IMG/VR virus record: IMGVR_UViG_3300037245_000940
Location: 1-57,686 of that record
Length of the DNA: 57,686 bases
From: a virus
Taxonomy: Duplodnaviria; Caudoviricetes
Direction: 5' to 3' (one strand)
Numbering within the stretch: position 1 is the first letter of the stretch; the number at the start of each line of letters is the position of its first letter. A program made the translations under genes and the position numbers. Below are positions 26,994-36,101 of the stretch, in pieces. The notes beneath the pieces are model-generated. The model saw only the letters and a list, made by a program, of their open reading frames with translations. It was not told where the DNA came from and did not search any database.

Positions 26994-27289
26994 TGAAATC
27001 TGAAAAAACAATCCAGGACTCCATCATAAGGTATCTTAAAACAGTGCCCAACCTTTGGTTTACAAAGGTAGTAGCTGCGCCTAGAGCTATGGGGCGTAAA
27101 GGGATACCGGATATACTGTGCTGCTATCATGCGTACTTTCTTGCTTTTGAAATTAAGACAGAAAAAGGCAAACTGTCTATGCACCAGTCAATAGAAATAA
27201 CAAAAATTGGCAAAGCAAATGGATTAGCTTATATTGTTCGTAGTAAGGAAGAAGTTGTAGATATTATAACTCACATACAGGCGGAATAA
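26993..27289 (+). CDS. VRR-NUC domain nuclease (Holliday-junction-resolvase-like)
   Basis: SEK.IQ..I..YL, GIPDI, AFEIK..KGKLS..Q, G.AYIVRS. Confidence 0.9.
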   Translation: MKSEKTIQDSIIRYLKTVPNLWFTKVVAAPRAMGRKGIPDILCCYHAYFLAFEIKTEKGKLSMHQSIEITKIGKANGLAYIVRSKEEVVDIITHIQAE

Positions 27290-27483
27290 TGAAAGATAAC
27301 ATAGTAAACTGCACAAGCTGTGATAAAGAATTTCCAAGGTACAAGATGCAGGTTTGTGATGGTTGCGGGGAGCTTGTTTGTTATAGCTGTCTTGAAACTA
27401 TTCAGTTTACTGTGCTTTGTATTGAATGTGTATTATCCGTGTCTGATGAAATGAATGAGAGACTTGAACAAGGGGGAGAATGA
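27289..27483 (+). CDS. Zinc-finger small protein
   Basis: Four CxxC pairs. Confidence 0.65.
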   Translation: MKDNIVNCTSCDKEFPRYKMQVCDGCGELVCYSCLETIQFTVLCIECVLSVSDEMNERLEQGGE

Positions 27484-27656
27484 TGAAAGAAATAAAGTAT
27501 GATGATGACCGATTTGATAGAATAGCTGAAGGAGAGAAAGCTATTATTAAACTGCGTGAAATTAAAAATCATATAGGTGTATTCCATTTTGTAAATATAG
27601 ATAGTAATAAAGATTTGCTAATTGAAAATATAGAAAAGATTATCGATCATGAATAA
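27480..27656 (+). CDS. 58-aa hypothetical protein (not in ORF track)
   Basis: GGGGAG RBS, ATGA overlap, fills the gap to the next gene. Confidence 0.55.
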   Translation: MMKEIKYDDDRFDRIAEGEKAIIKLREIKNHIGVFHFVNIDSNKDLLIENIEKIIDHE

Positions 27657-27939
27657 ACACTACAAACGACCAGGGCAAGCAAAACCGCCTAAGGTCAATA
27701 GTGATATACCGTTAAAGAATTTCTACAAGCAGATAACCTTCGATCCTATTATGGATAACATGGTAAGAGCAGAACAGCTTCGAGGTAAGAAATATACACC
27801 GAATCAGCGAACAAAAAACCTGGATAACCGCTTCGTGGCGCTCTCTTGTGGACATGAACTATATATCAATCATCATGATGTTAAATCAACTATCTGTTAT
27901 CAATGCGCACTTGATTATCAACGCGAAATTGAGATGTAA
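27649..27939 (+). CDS. Hypothetical protein, possible Zn-binding
   Basis: LSCGH...CYQC. Confidence 0.65.
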   Translation: MNKHYKRPGQAKPPKVNSDIPLKNFYKQITFDPIMDNMVRAEQLRGKKYTPNQRTKNLDNRFVALSCGHELYINHHDVKSTICYQCALDYQREIEM

Positions 27940-27941
27940 TA

Positions 27942-28676
27942 ATGGGTTCAACAGGTTCCAACACAGGTTTTCACACAAGTATCGAAGTCAAAACGCTCGA
28001 TGAACTTCACTACGAAGTACTAAGAAGACTTTTAGCTAATCATAATCTTAATGACAAACGACGATTCCATGAATATAAAATACAAAAAGGTAGCTTCGAA
28101 GGAACTAATAGCAGGATAGAATTTAATTCTTTATCCTTGGTTGTCGAGTTTCCACAAGAGCGACCTCTAGCGCCTAGTATTAGTAATCCTAGTGTAACTC
28201 CCCCTGCTACCGATGAAATGATAGAGAAATACTTTCACGAGTATATACTTGGTACTGATGTCAGTAAAAATGAAACTTATACCTATGGGAGTTTTATTGG
28301 TCCTGAAGTCGATCGGATAGCTGCAATGATTAAGGTAAGACCTCATACTAATCATGCTTATATTGATATCGGTGGGTTAATTTGGACTTGGGTGGATAAC
28401 GGAACTAATACATTAGACGTTGACAAATCAGACCACCCGCCATGCCTACGCCACTTACAATGGCGCGTAATAGACAGCATTCAACACCTATTCTGTCACT
28501 TTAGATCATGGGATTTATGGGCTGGTATGCCTGTCAACCTTGGAGGTTTACAGCTTCTTAATGAATATGTAGCAGAGATGACAGGATATAAAACAGGTAA
28601 GTTAATTGCTTATTCTGAAGGTGCTCATATTTACGATTATCAACTTGAAATGGTGAAAGCGAGGTTAGGGAAATGA
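27942..28676 (+). CDS. thyA: Thymidylate synthase family protein (short, divergent type)
   Basis: YTYG, catalytic PPC, RSWDLWAGMPVN (RSxD...N), AHIYD. Confidence 0.8.
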   Translation: MGSTGSNTGFHTSIEVKTLDELHYEVLRRLLANHNLNDKRRFHEYKIQKGSFEGTNSRIEFNSLSLVVEFPQERPLAPSISNPSVTPPATDEMIEKYFHEYILGTDVSKNETYTYGSFIGPEVDRIAAMIKVRPHTNHAYIDIGGLIWTWVDNGTNTLDVDKSDHPPCLRHLQWRVIDSIQHLFCHFRSWDLWAGMPVNLGGLQLLNEYVAEMTGYKTGKLIAYSEGAHIYDYQLEMVKARLGK

Positions 28677-28867
28677 GAAACTTTTTATTAACTTGGTTCT
28701 TTCTTTTTCTTATGTTTATGGTTGGATCTTTAGTTAGCGATTATCAAAATGAATCTAAATATCACACATTAGAAAAAAATATGAACAAACTACAATACAC
28801 CATAGACCTTATGAAAGCAAACTGTGATTGTAAAGCTATAATCTTTGTAGAAGGAGAAGGAAAATGA
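28673..28867 (+). CDS. Small membrane-anchored protein
   Basis: N-terminal TM, ATGA coupling. Confidence 0.6.
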   Translation: MRNFLLTWFFLFLMFMVGSLVSDYQNESKYHTLEKNMNKLQYTIDLMKANCDCKAIIFVEGEGK

Positions 28868-29556
28868 AAAGGAATATAATACAGACATATTATGAGAATT
28901 TAACTATCTTCAAAGGATCAGGCAATATTAGCTCTAGGATAGATATAGTACAAATAGAAGATAGTGATAAATATTTGTTCACAGTAGATGATTTAAATAT
29001 TGCTTTTGAAATTGACTTTGGAACAGCCGAAACAGGAACAGGATTTATGAATAAAAGTCTTGGACAAAATTATCTTATGAAAATGAATGATTATTTGGCT
29101 ATATTGTATGATTTTAAGACAAGCTTTTTAGGAAGAGTAGGCATTAAACCAGTAGAGGACAACTCCAAATTCAACCAAACAGTAATAGACATCTTCACAC
29201 ACACATCTATGCTGCTAAAAGATTCTCACACAATGCTCAAGGATCTAATCAAAGCTGGTAAGGTTAATCTTAGCAAGGTTAATGATAGGAATATTATTGT
29301 TTTTCAGTATAATTCTTCTCTTACTAATCGAGACTTAACTTCTTTTATGTTGTATACTAAGGATATGCTATATAAAGAGCTTGACAACTGTATGCCGTTC
29401 TTTATTCCTGATGCAATGTCGATTGATACAATGAACGAAGTTGAACTACAAGAGCATCTTGATATTATTACTAATCAAATGAAAAGTATTATTGAAAGTA
29501 AGAAGGAAGCTGCTAAATCCGAATATAACAAAAAACAAATGGAGTTTGACGCATGA
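28864..29556 (+). CDS. Hypothetical protein
   Basis: ORF track, coupled overlaps. Confidence 0.7.
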   Translation: MKRNIIQTYYENLTIFKGSGNISSRIDIVQIEDSDKYLFTVDDLNIAFEIDFGTAETGTGFMNKSLGQNYLMKMNDYLAILYDFKTSFLGRVGIKPVEDNSKFNQTVIDIFTHTSMLLKDSHTMLKDLIKAGKVNLSKVNDRNIIVFQYNSSLTNRDLTSFMLYTKDMLYKELDNCMPFFIPDAMSIDTMNEVELQEHLDIITNQMKSIIESKKEAAKSEYNKKQMEFDA

Positions 29557-29831
29557 AATATGAAGCAGACTTTACAGTACTTAAAGACAGTACTCATTTT
29601 GATAAACTACTTGACTACGTATTAACAAGGAAGCCTTGCGGACCATTCACAGTTACAGGTAAAAATGACGAAGATATATTAAGTGAGTGTAAAACAAAAG
29701 GGCTATTGTATATATTCTATGAAACTGATATGCACACTGTATTTACTTTTATATCTGAAACAGCATATATCTCAGGAAATATAAAAGTGAACGGAGTCTT
29801 TAAAGAGGTAGAATATAATGAAAAAATCTAA
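29553..29831 (+). CDS. Hypothetical protein
   Basis: ORF track, coupled overlaps. Confidence 0.65.
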   Translation: MKYEADFTVLKDSTHFDKLLDYVLTRKPCGPFTVTGKNDEDILSECKTKGLLYIFYETDMHTVFTFISETAYISGNIKVNGVFKEVEYNEKI

Positions 29832-30351
29832 CCTATACACACTGAAGCATTCAGTCAAGCTAGGCAAAAACTGCACTAGCGGTGAACTATGCACAAGGCT
29901 CGGATTAGCTACCGAATTAGCTGTACTAGAAAAGCTACGAAGTAGAAACAATCTAGCTAAATTGTGCAAAAAGAAAGTAGGAACGATCCGTCCTGATATT
30001 CAGACGAATACTAAAAGCTTTCTAGAAGTCAAAAGTGCAATGTTTAGGAATGGTATATCTATAAAATTAGATCAGCATGAAAAGATGAAAGTGCAAAGAT
30101 ATCTTATAGACTATGTTTTTGTTATTCATCCTACAGGAACATTCGATAATGTAAGAACAAAAGACTTTGTTAAGACTTGCCTAGCTCATTCTGAATTTAT
30201 GTTCTTTAGCCTTAGAACTATTACTAAGGTACTTAATGAATTACAAGGTACAAAGAAAGTAAAGTCTAGTTGGAGAAAAGAGCAACACTTCAAGATACCT
30301 ATTAAGAGGTTTAAGGAAAGTGTTTTTTGGAAAGAAGGGGTAGCATTATGA
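29818..30351 (+). CDS. Putative PD-(D/E)xK nuclease
   Basis: G..TE helix, RPDI...FLEVKS motif; basic protein. Confidence 0.55.
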   Translation: MKKSNLYTLKHSVKLGKNCTSGELCTRLGLATELAVLEKLRSRNNLAKLCKKKVGTIRPDIQTNTKSFLEVKSAMFRNGISIKLDQHEKMKVQRYLIDYVFVIHPTGTFDNVRTKDFVKTCLAHSEFMFFSLRTITKVLNELQGTKKVKSSWRKEQHFKIPIKRFKESVFWKEGVAL

Positions 30352-31067
30352 AATACATGGGTAGTAAAGCTAGAATAGCAAAATATATTTTACCGATAAT
30401 ACTAAAAGGCAGACGGGGAAAACAAATTTATATAGAACCTTTTGCCGGAGGTATGAACACAATTTGCGAAGTAAGCGGTAAGCGAATAGCTAATGATATA
30501 AATCCATACTTAATAGCTATGTGGGAAGCTTTAATAGAAGGATGGATACCATTTGAAATTACAAAAGAAAAATATTATGATATTAAAAATAATAAAAATG
30601 AATATTTACCTTCTGTTATAGGATGGTGCGGTTTTAATTGTAGCTATTCCGGTAAATGGTTTGGAGGTTTTGCAGGAAAAACTAAAACTAAAATAGGAAC
30701 AATCAGGGACTACCAAAAAGAGGCTATTAATAATGTTTCAAAACAAATAAAAAAGATGCAAGGTGTTATTTTTTCAAATGAGTCTTATAATGATATGAAA
30801 ATACCATTGAACAGCATAATATATTGTGATATACCATATAAAAATACAACAAAATACAAAGATGACTTTAACCATGTAGATTTTTGGGAATGGGCTAGAT
30901 ATTATACTTTCCAGGGTGTAAGCGTTTTTGTGAGTGAATATAACGCACCTGATGATTTTGTATCTATTTGGGGAAAAGAAGTTAAATCATCATTATCTGC
31001 AAATGGGAAAAGTGGATGTAGCAAAAATAGTGTAGAGAAACTTTTTATCCATAAGGATTTAGCATGA
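30348..31067 (+). CDS. DNA adenine methyltransferase (D12/Dam-like class)
   Basis: MKYMGSK, EPFAGG, IANDIN, IYCDIPY, FVSEY, EKLF. Confidence 0.88.
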   Translation: MKYMGSKARIAKYILPIILKGRRGKQIYIEPFAGGMNTICEVSGKRIANDINPYLIAMWEALIEGWIPFEITKEKYYDIKNNKNEYLPSVIGWCGFNCSYSGKWFGGFAGKTKTKIGTIRDYQKEAINNVSKQIKKMQGVIFSNESYNDMKIPLNSIIYCDIPYKNTTKYKDDFNHVDFWEWARYYTFQGVSVFVSEYNAPDDFVSIWGKEVKSSLSANGKSGCSKNSVEKLFIHKDLA

Positions 31068-31606
31068 AACCTAAACAAACGATAGAAAAATGGCGCAAAG
31101 ATATGAAGGACTACGTTGATAAGGGTGGTAATATAAATCCACTAAACAACTACCAATCAGACCAAAGAAGCACAATCCCATCAGAAGACGATGACGCTAT
31201 CAAATTAGTAGGCATCATTTTTCCTGAGCTAAAAGGATGGATCAAAAAACATCTTAGGAATAATTCAGCAGGCAGAGATAAAGCTAAATGGAGACAGATA
31301 TTTGCAGGTAATGTTTTTGAAATTATTACTGCATTAAAAGTAGAAAACAAATCGGTAGATGAATCTAAATGTTGGCGTAACGAAGTTGAATCAGCCATAG
31401 GTCAATCTTTTTGGTGCCTTGTAGCATTGTGCGATGTATTCAATTTCGACCTAGGGGATTGTATTATCAATGGTGCTAGAGACTTTAGACTATTTAGAGA
31501 AGAACGTTATGGCACTAATAATATTGAAAAGTTAAGACAAGCCATTCTTGATGATATGCGTACAACGAAGACTAAAGGGAGTTATAGGAGCAAGATAACG
31601 AAATGA
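31064..31606 (+). CDS. Hypothetical protein, weak MazG-like (all-alpha NTP-PPase) resemblance
   Basis: EVESAIGQSFWCLVALCDVFNFDL resembles the ELGD..WY...LA...G.DL helix but lacks the acidic residues. Confidence 0.4.
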   Translation: MKPKQTIEKWRKDMKDYVDKGGNINPLNNYQSDQRSTIPSEDDDAIKLVGIIFPELKGWIKKHLRNNSAGRDKAKWRQIFAGNVFEIITALKVENKSVDESKCWRNEVESAIGQSFWCLVALCDVFNFDLGDCIINGARDFRLFREERYGTNNIEKLRQAILDDMRTTKTKGSYRSKITK

Positions 31607-31899
31607 AGTATGAACACAGAAACGACATATACGAAAGAGCTGTTAAATACTTTAAAGATAAATCAGGGTGTAATAGTCTTAATTTCTTTGAGCGAATATA
31701 CTTTAAGATATATTATCACTTTTGGTGGCTATTAAACAGAAAAAGAATTTCGAAAAATATTAATGATTCAATAACAAAAAGCATTGCTAATGGATCAGTG
31801 TCTAAGGTTGGCTTTGGTAAACCATTTAAGCTTGGAGATATTGAAACAGCTAAGAGTGTTGTTAATTTATATGTTATTGATAGGAATGATAAGGAATGA
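31603..31899 (+). CDS. Hypothetical protein
   Basis: ATGA coupling. Confidence 0.6.
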   Translation: MKYEHRNDIYERAVKYFKDKSGCNSLNFFERIYFKIYYHFWWLLNRKRISKNINDSITKSIANGSVSKVGFGKPFKLGDIETAKSVVNLYVIDRNDKE

Positions 31900-32189
31900 A
31901 AGAACTTGGAATACATGGATACATTGCATATTCTGATTATGCAACAGCACAAAACATATTTGAAAACAATTCAACTTTAATGTTGATAGGACTATCATTA
32001 AAACCGCCATTTATACACAGAGGTGTAATGGATGTAAAAATAAATTTAGTAGAATTCGAATACATAGAATCCACAAACCCGGACCACCCATGGGGCGATA
32101 TCTACAAAATCGTAACGCACAAAGTTCTGAGAACTCTGAAAGCGTGGTATGATATAAAACGTTTTAGAATGAAAGGGATATGGAAATGA
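31896..32189 (+). CDS. Hypothetical protein
   Basis: ATGA coupling. Confidence 0.6.
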   Translation: MKELGIHGYIAYSDYATAQNIFENNSTLMLIGLSLKPPFIHRGVMDVKINLVEFEYIESTNPDHPWGDIYKIVTHKVLRTLKAWYDIKRFRMKGIWK

Positions 32190-32458
32190 AGAAAGTTCTA
32201 ATAGACTACATTAAATTTTTAGATAAGTGTCTCGATTTCATATGTGACTGTATACTATTTTCACCTTTTGCACTTATAGTTGCTGTATTCTATACAGGTG
32301 TAAGTGCCCTTATTGCAGCGCTTGTAGTTGCACTACCTTTTTCTATATACATATATTTAACATACAACGAACCACTTGTTTTAATCCCTGGTGCAGTACT
32401 TACTATTCCTAGTGTGCTGTTTATTATTAAGAAGATTAGAGAGAAATTGAATAAATGA
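32186..32458 (+). CDS. Membrane protein (two or three TM), possible holin
   Basis: Long hydrophobic segments, basic C-terminus. Confidence 0.55.
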   Translation: MKKVLIDYIKFLDKCLDFICDCILFSPFALIVAVFYTGVSALIAALVVALPFSIYIYLTYNEPLVLIPGAVLTIPSVLFIIKKIREKLNK

Positions 32459-32619
32459 ACTGCAAAAATATTCTAATAGAAAAATACATAGTAATGCAAA
32501 AAGAACTTACATCCATTAAATTAGCTAAACTTAATGTTTATAAAAAAATAGTAAATGGCGGTAAATATTTCACCGACTTGTACAATAAAGGAAAGAAACG
32601 TACTACAAAGTAGTACAAA

Positions 32620-32730
32620 GTGTACAGTAATTGTGTACAACAATTGCCGAACAGTGTACAGTAATTAGCAGAAGTGTGCAGTAATTGTGTGCAGTAATTC
32701 ACTAAATGCCCCTAAAAGTGTCCAACAATT
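32620..32730 (+). repeat. Six direct 13-mer repeats GTGT(A/G/C)CA(GT/AC)AATT upstream of the small terminase
   Basis: Copies at 32620, 32633, 32654, 32674, 32687, 32718. Confidence 0.9.
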
Positions 32731-32748
32731 ATTTAAGAGAGTTTCGAT

Positions 32749-33462
32749 ATGAAACAACCAATAGAAGAAAGTCAACGAAAACCCTGGGATAGACTTAACG
32801 AAGAATCAGAGATTGCTTTTTCGTATTTCCTGCAATACTTGAACCAAAAGCCAGAAGAGGGGCCTAGACAGACAGGTGTAGTTGCTAAAGCAATGAATAA
32901 ATCTCATGGTAATATCTCTCATTTTGCAAAGAAATTCAATTGGGTTGAAAGAGTTATTGAGCATGATGTTCACTTTCAAGATATCAGGGATAAGAACAAA
33001 CTAATAGCTATAAAGATGGTTGAAGCTAGACATGCAAGGAATTCAGGTAAGTTGCAGAAACTATTAATGAAACCTGTCGAAATAATACTTAAAGAAATAG
33101 AGAATAATCCAGCGTTTAGCGAAGCAATGAGAATGCGCTTTACCAATACAATGAAAATTGAAGAAGTGTTTAGATTGATAGAGCGCATGACTTCGGGTTA
33201 TGAAAAGATGGCTAAACTTGAACGGCTATCATTTGGCGCTGAAACAGAGATCAGTAAAGTAAGGAGCAATGTAACGCAGACAAGTTTAGTTGCTTTTGCT
33301 AATACCAAGGATTTGCAAGTTATAATGTCAGATGAAAAGGGGTTGCAATGTTTAGAGTATTTAGCTAAGTTAACGAGTGGTATTAAAGATGATCCAGCGT
33401 ATGAAGAAGACACTTTTAATGTTAAGCTGTTAGAGGGTGGTGGCGATGAATCAAAAAAATAA
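32749..33462 (+). CDS. Terminase small subunit (putative)
   Basis: PWDR...ES..AF..F..Y and NWVERV..HD motifs of an HTH-containing TerS family. Confidence 0.7.
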   Translation: MKQPIEESQRKPWDRLNEESEIAFSYFLQYLNQKPEEGPRQTGVVAKAMNKSHGNISHFAKKFNWVERVIEHDVHFQDIRDKNKLIAIKMVEARHARNSGKLQKLLMKPVEIILKEIENNPAFSEAMRMRFTNTMKIEEVFRLIERMTSGYEKMAKLERLSFGAETEISKVRSNVTQTSLVAFANTKDLQVIMSDEKGLQCLEYLAKLTSGIKDDPAYEEDTFNVKLLEGGGDESKK

Positions 33463-33649
33463 TACAGGCGTGTTTATAACAAGAGTAGTGCCAAGGGATA
33501 AAGTGGTACCAGGATATAGGCTACTTGATATTAAATGTATTAAGTGTTGTATGGTTAGTACTTATGATATGAGCCACGTTACAGACTATACCGATTTAAA
33601 ATGTAGGTGTAGACACTGTGATTATTGGATGGATACAAACGGACACTAA
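33446..33649 (+). CDS. Zinc-ribbon small protein
   Basis: CIKC...CRHC. Confidence 0.55.
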   Translation: MNQKNNTGVFITRVVPRDKVVPGYRLLDIKCIKCCMVSTYDMSHVTDYTDLKCRCRHCDYWMDTNGH

Positions 33650-33692
33650 CCACTATGCAACATTCACGCCAACATATTTTTTAAAAAAAGTG

Positions 33693-33721
33693 TTGACAAA
33701 TGTTTTAATTTAGTTTATGAT
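33693..33721 (+). promoter_or_regulatory. Sigma70-type promoter
   Basis: TTGACA-N17-TATGAT; upstream block nearly identical to the 35379-35416 region. Confidence 0.8.
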
Positions 33722-33751
33722 CGGGGTTCACAATTTATAAAGGAACGAACA

Positions 33752-33823
33752 ATGCTTAACGTAATGACTCTGGATCAAATCAAAATTCTTATCACAGTAT
33801 GGCTATGCTTTGGGATGTTTTAA
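33752..33823 (+). CDS. 23-aa hydrophobic peptide (not in ORF track)
   Basis: AAGGA RBS right after the promoter; MLNVMTLDQIKILITVWLCFGMF. Confidence 0.5.
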   Translation: MLNVMTLDQIKILITVWLCFGMF

Positions 33824-34047
33824 AGCTGTTGTGGTATATTCCTTGGAGCCATTGGAAAAGGTCTGGAGAGAACGCCCGAACAATTACTAACTACTGGTGT
33901 TTTATGGTTAGTTATAAGGATAGTTTTTTGTATTTGCTTGTTTTGGAAAATAGGCGTTCAACCGTAACGATTAACCGTAAACGTTTTACTGGTCAAGTCC
34001 CAGTATGTAATCGTTTTACTGGTTTAAGGGGAAAATGGGAGTGAATA

Positions 34048-34422
34048 ATGAACAAAAATCAATGCGACAGTTGCGATAGCACTAATACAAGGTCAACAGT
34101 TATAGATAATGTACTTAGACCCTATTACAAAGTATTATGCTTAGATTGTTTTCATAAGTTTGAAATACTCTTAACACCTGAAGATATAATATCATTCAAT
34201 GGTGATATAGGTTTAAAAGCTGTTAAAATAATAAAAATGGCTAAAAGTGGATTCAGGTTTATTCTTTATAAATTATTATTTATTTCCTTACTTGTTGCAT
34301 TTTCTTACGGATTACTCGGGCAGAATTTAAGCCTATCGTTTATTCTAGGCTTGGTTGTTATTTTAATTGTTTCCGATTTAATAGTTTTCGTTTTTAAAGA
34401 CGTATTTAAGCCGAAAAGGTAA
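34048..34422 (+). CDS. Zinc-ribbon plus two-TM membrane protein
   Basis: CDSC...CLDC then two hydrophobic helices; GGGAG RBS. Confidence 0.7.
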   Translation: MNKNQCDSCDSTNTRSTVIDNVLRPYYKVLCLDCFHKFEILLTPEDIISFNGDIGLKAVKIIKMAKSGFRFILYKLLFISLLVAFSYGLLGQNLSLSFILGLVVILIVSDLIVFVFKDVFKPKR

Positions 34423-34612
34423 AAGCAATATCGATGGGAGTAGCTAATGAGTAAAGGACTAATACATATAGCCTTAAAAGTTGTTATTAGAAAACGTATA
34501 GTAAGTCTTTTAACCAGATTAAAAAACTTCCTATGCACACCAATGGTGGCATATAGGGTTATTATGTTAATAACTGCTTCAATGTTTTTTACTATTATGT
34601 TGATAAAAATCC

Positions 34613-34807
34613 ATGCCTAACCCTATTCAATGCCCAAAGTGCAATGGGTATAATACAAAGGTACTAGCTAAACAGGATTTAAAGCATAGTGTTAGATACT
34701 CGATAGAATGTTATGATTGTAGAATCTTTGTCATAGTTGAGTACTTTAGAGGCACTGTTAGAGGTACAACAATAGCTGTTATAATAAAGGGAGAAATAGA
34801 AGTATGA
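34613..34807 (+). CDS. Zinc-ribbon small protein
   Basis: CPKC...CYDC. Confidence 0.6.
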   Translation: MPNPIQCPKCNGYNTKVLAKQDLKHSVRYSIECYDCRIFVIVEYFRGTVRGTTIAVIIKGEIEV

Positions 34808-35115
34808 CACTAACCAAAGGCAACACAGAAAACGATATTGCATTGTGCGATGTTAATAATCCAGGGTGTGAGACTTGTGAGTATATAAACCACAGTGTTG
34901 AGTGTGTAAGTAAGGGTAACTCTGGAACATATAACAATCATTTAGGTGTTTTTATAACTGCTTCATATGCAGTACATTTTAATAATAACCTTCAATGCAA
35001 GTTTTATAAACTACATATAGTTAATACCAACCGTTCATACCTATCTAAGCTATGGTCGTTTATCACTTTTCGAGGAACGTTACATGCACATGAAAGGGAT
35101 AGTAAGTTATTATGA
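34804..35115 (+). CDS. Hypothetical Cys-rich protein
   Basis: GGGAG RBS, ATGA coupling. Confidence 0.6.
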   Translation: MTLTKGNTENDIALCDVNNPGCETCEYINHSVECVSKGNSGTYNNHLGVFITASYAVHFNNNLQCKFYKLHIVNTNRSYLSKLWSFITFRGTLHAHERDSKLL

Positions 35116-35378
35116 TTTTACTAAGCAAGTCATATTCAAGCAAATACGTCAAGGAGTTATTAAATACATCTGTAGGCGTTAGTCATTCAGTAGAAGAGAT
35201 ATTAATAAACACAGAAGAAACAACAGAAAGGTACCTATTAGATTGTTTATGTAAAGTTTGCAATCAAAACAGAGTAATTAGAACAATTAAGAAAGCATCC
35301 ATAAACAGCGTATCAGAAGGCTTTGAATCAGAAACAACAGAAGAGATATCAACCAAGTGCGACCATTGCAATAATTAG
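35112..35378 (+). CDS. Hypothetical protein, Zn-binding motifs
   Basis: CKVC...CDHC; ATGA coupling. Confidence 0.6.
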   Translation: MILLSKSYSSKYVKELLNTSVGVSHSVEEILINTEETTERYLLDCLCKVCNQNRVIRTIKKASINSVSEGFESETTEEISTKCDHCNN

Positions 35379-35403
35379 GCCAACATATTTTTTAAAAAAA
35401 GTG

Positions 35404-35432
35404 TTGACAAATGTTTTTGGATCGGGTATAGT
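35404..35432 (+). promoter_or_regulatory. Sigma70-type promoter
   Basis: TTGACA-N17-TATAGT with A-tract UP element. Confidence 0.8.
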
Positions 35433-35458
35433 TGGGGTTCAATTCATGGTTCATTGTA

Positions 35459-35656
35459 AATGGTTAGAGCGGTAGAGTTAAAGAGACTTAGTTTTAATTT
35501 CTCATGAGTAGGGCGGGTATATGTATAGTCGGGTCTGATATAGCCTTTAGGTTGAACGTTGTCTGCTAAATGGATTACCGGTTCACCCATGGCGCAACCT
35601 AAAGAGAATAGCTGAGATATAGATTATGAATACTTTTAACTTTTGTTGATCCATTC
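35459..35656 (+). ncRNA. Candidate ~200-nt rod-like RNA (6S-like architecture)
   Basis: Nested complementarity AATGG/CCATT, AGTTAAA/TTTAACT, TCTCA/TGAGA, CTTTAGGTTG/CAACCTAAAG directly after a promoter; no ORF. Confidence 0.45.
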
Positions 35657-35726
35657 TTGGAATAAGCCTGATTGTATGAAACACATATAGTTACGGCTTA
35701 TTTTCAGAATCAAAAGGAGGTACATT

Positions 35727-36101
35727 GTGAAAGTCTATACCGGGCACCATGGAGCTGAAGAGGGTGAAGTATTTGTTTCTACCATAGGTGAGCCATTTAA
35801 ATTAGATGTTAAATGGAAAACAGTAAGATTTGGCGAACCCTACGAAAACTTTTACGGTCATAGTATTTGTGATTTCTTTGTTGAACTGTCTGAGGTTAAT
35901 GAACAGCAACAAGAAGTAGTTCTATCTGATATAAGTAAGCAAAAAGATAGCCTTACATATTATGATCGTAATGAGCTATTCTATCTTTGTCATAAGACTT
36001 ATGATGAACAAGATGATGATCCTAATTCAGACAGTAAGCGTTATTTATTGAAACAGATTAGACGTGAAATTAAACGTCGTGACGATGAAAATGATTGGTA
36101 A
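35727..36101 (+). CDS. Hypothetical protein
   Basis: AAGGAGG RBS, GTG start. Confidence 0.8.
   Translation: MKVYTGHHGAEEGEVFVSTIGEPFKLDVKWKTVRFGEPYENFYGHSICDFFVELSEVNEQQQEVVLSDISKQKDSLTYYDRNELFYLCHKTYDEQDDDPNSDSKRYLLKQIRREIKRRDDENDW

Noticed and set aside
32620-32730. CRISPR mini-array
   Set aside because: Repeats are 13 bp with 0-18 nt gaps; no spacer-sized unique sequences and no cas genes
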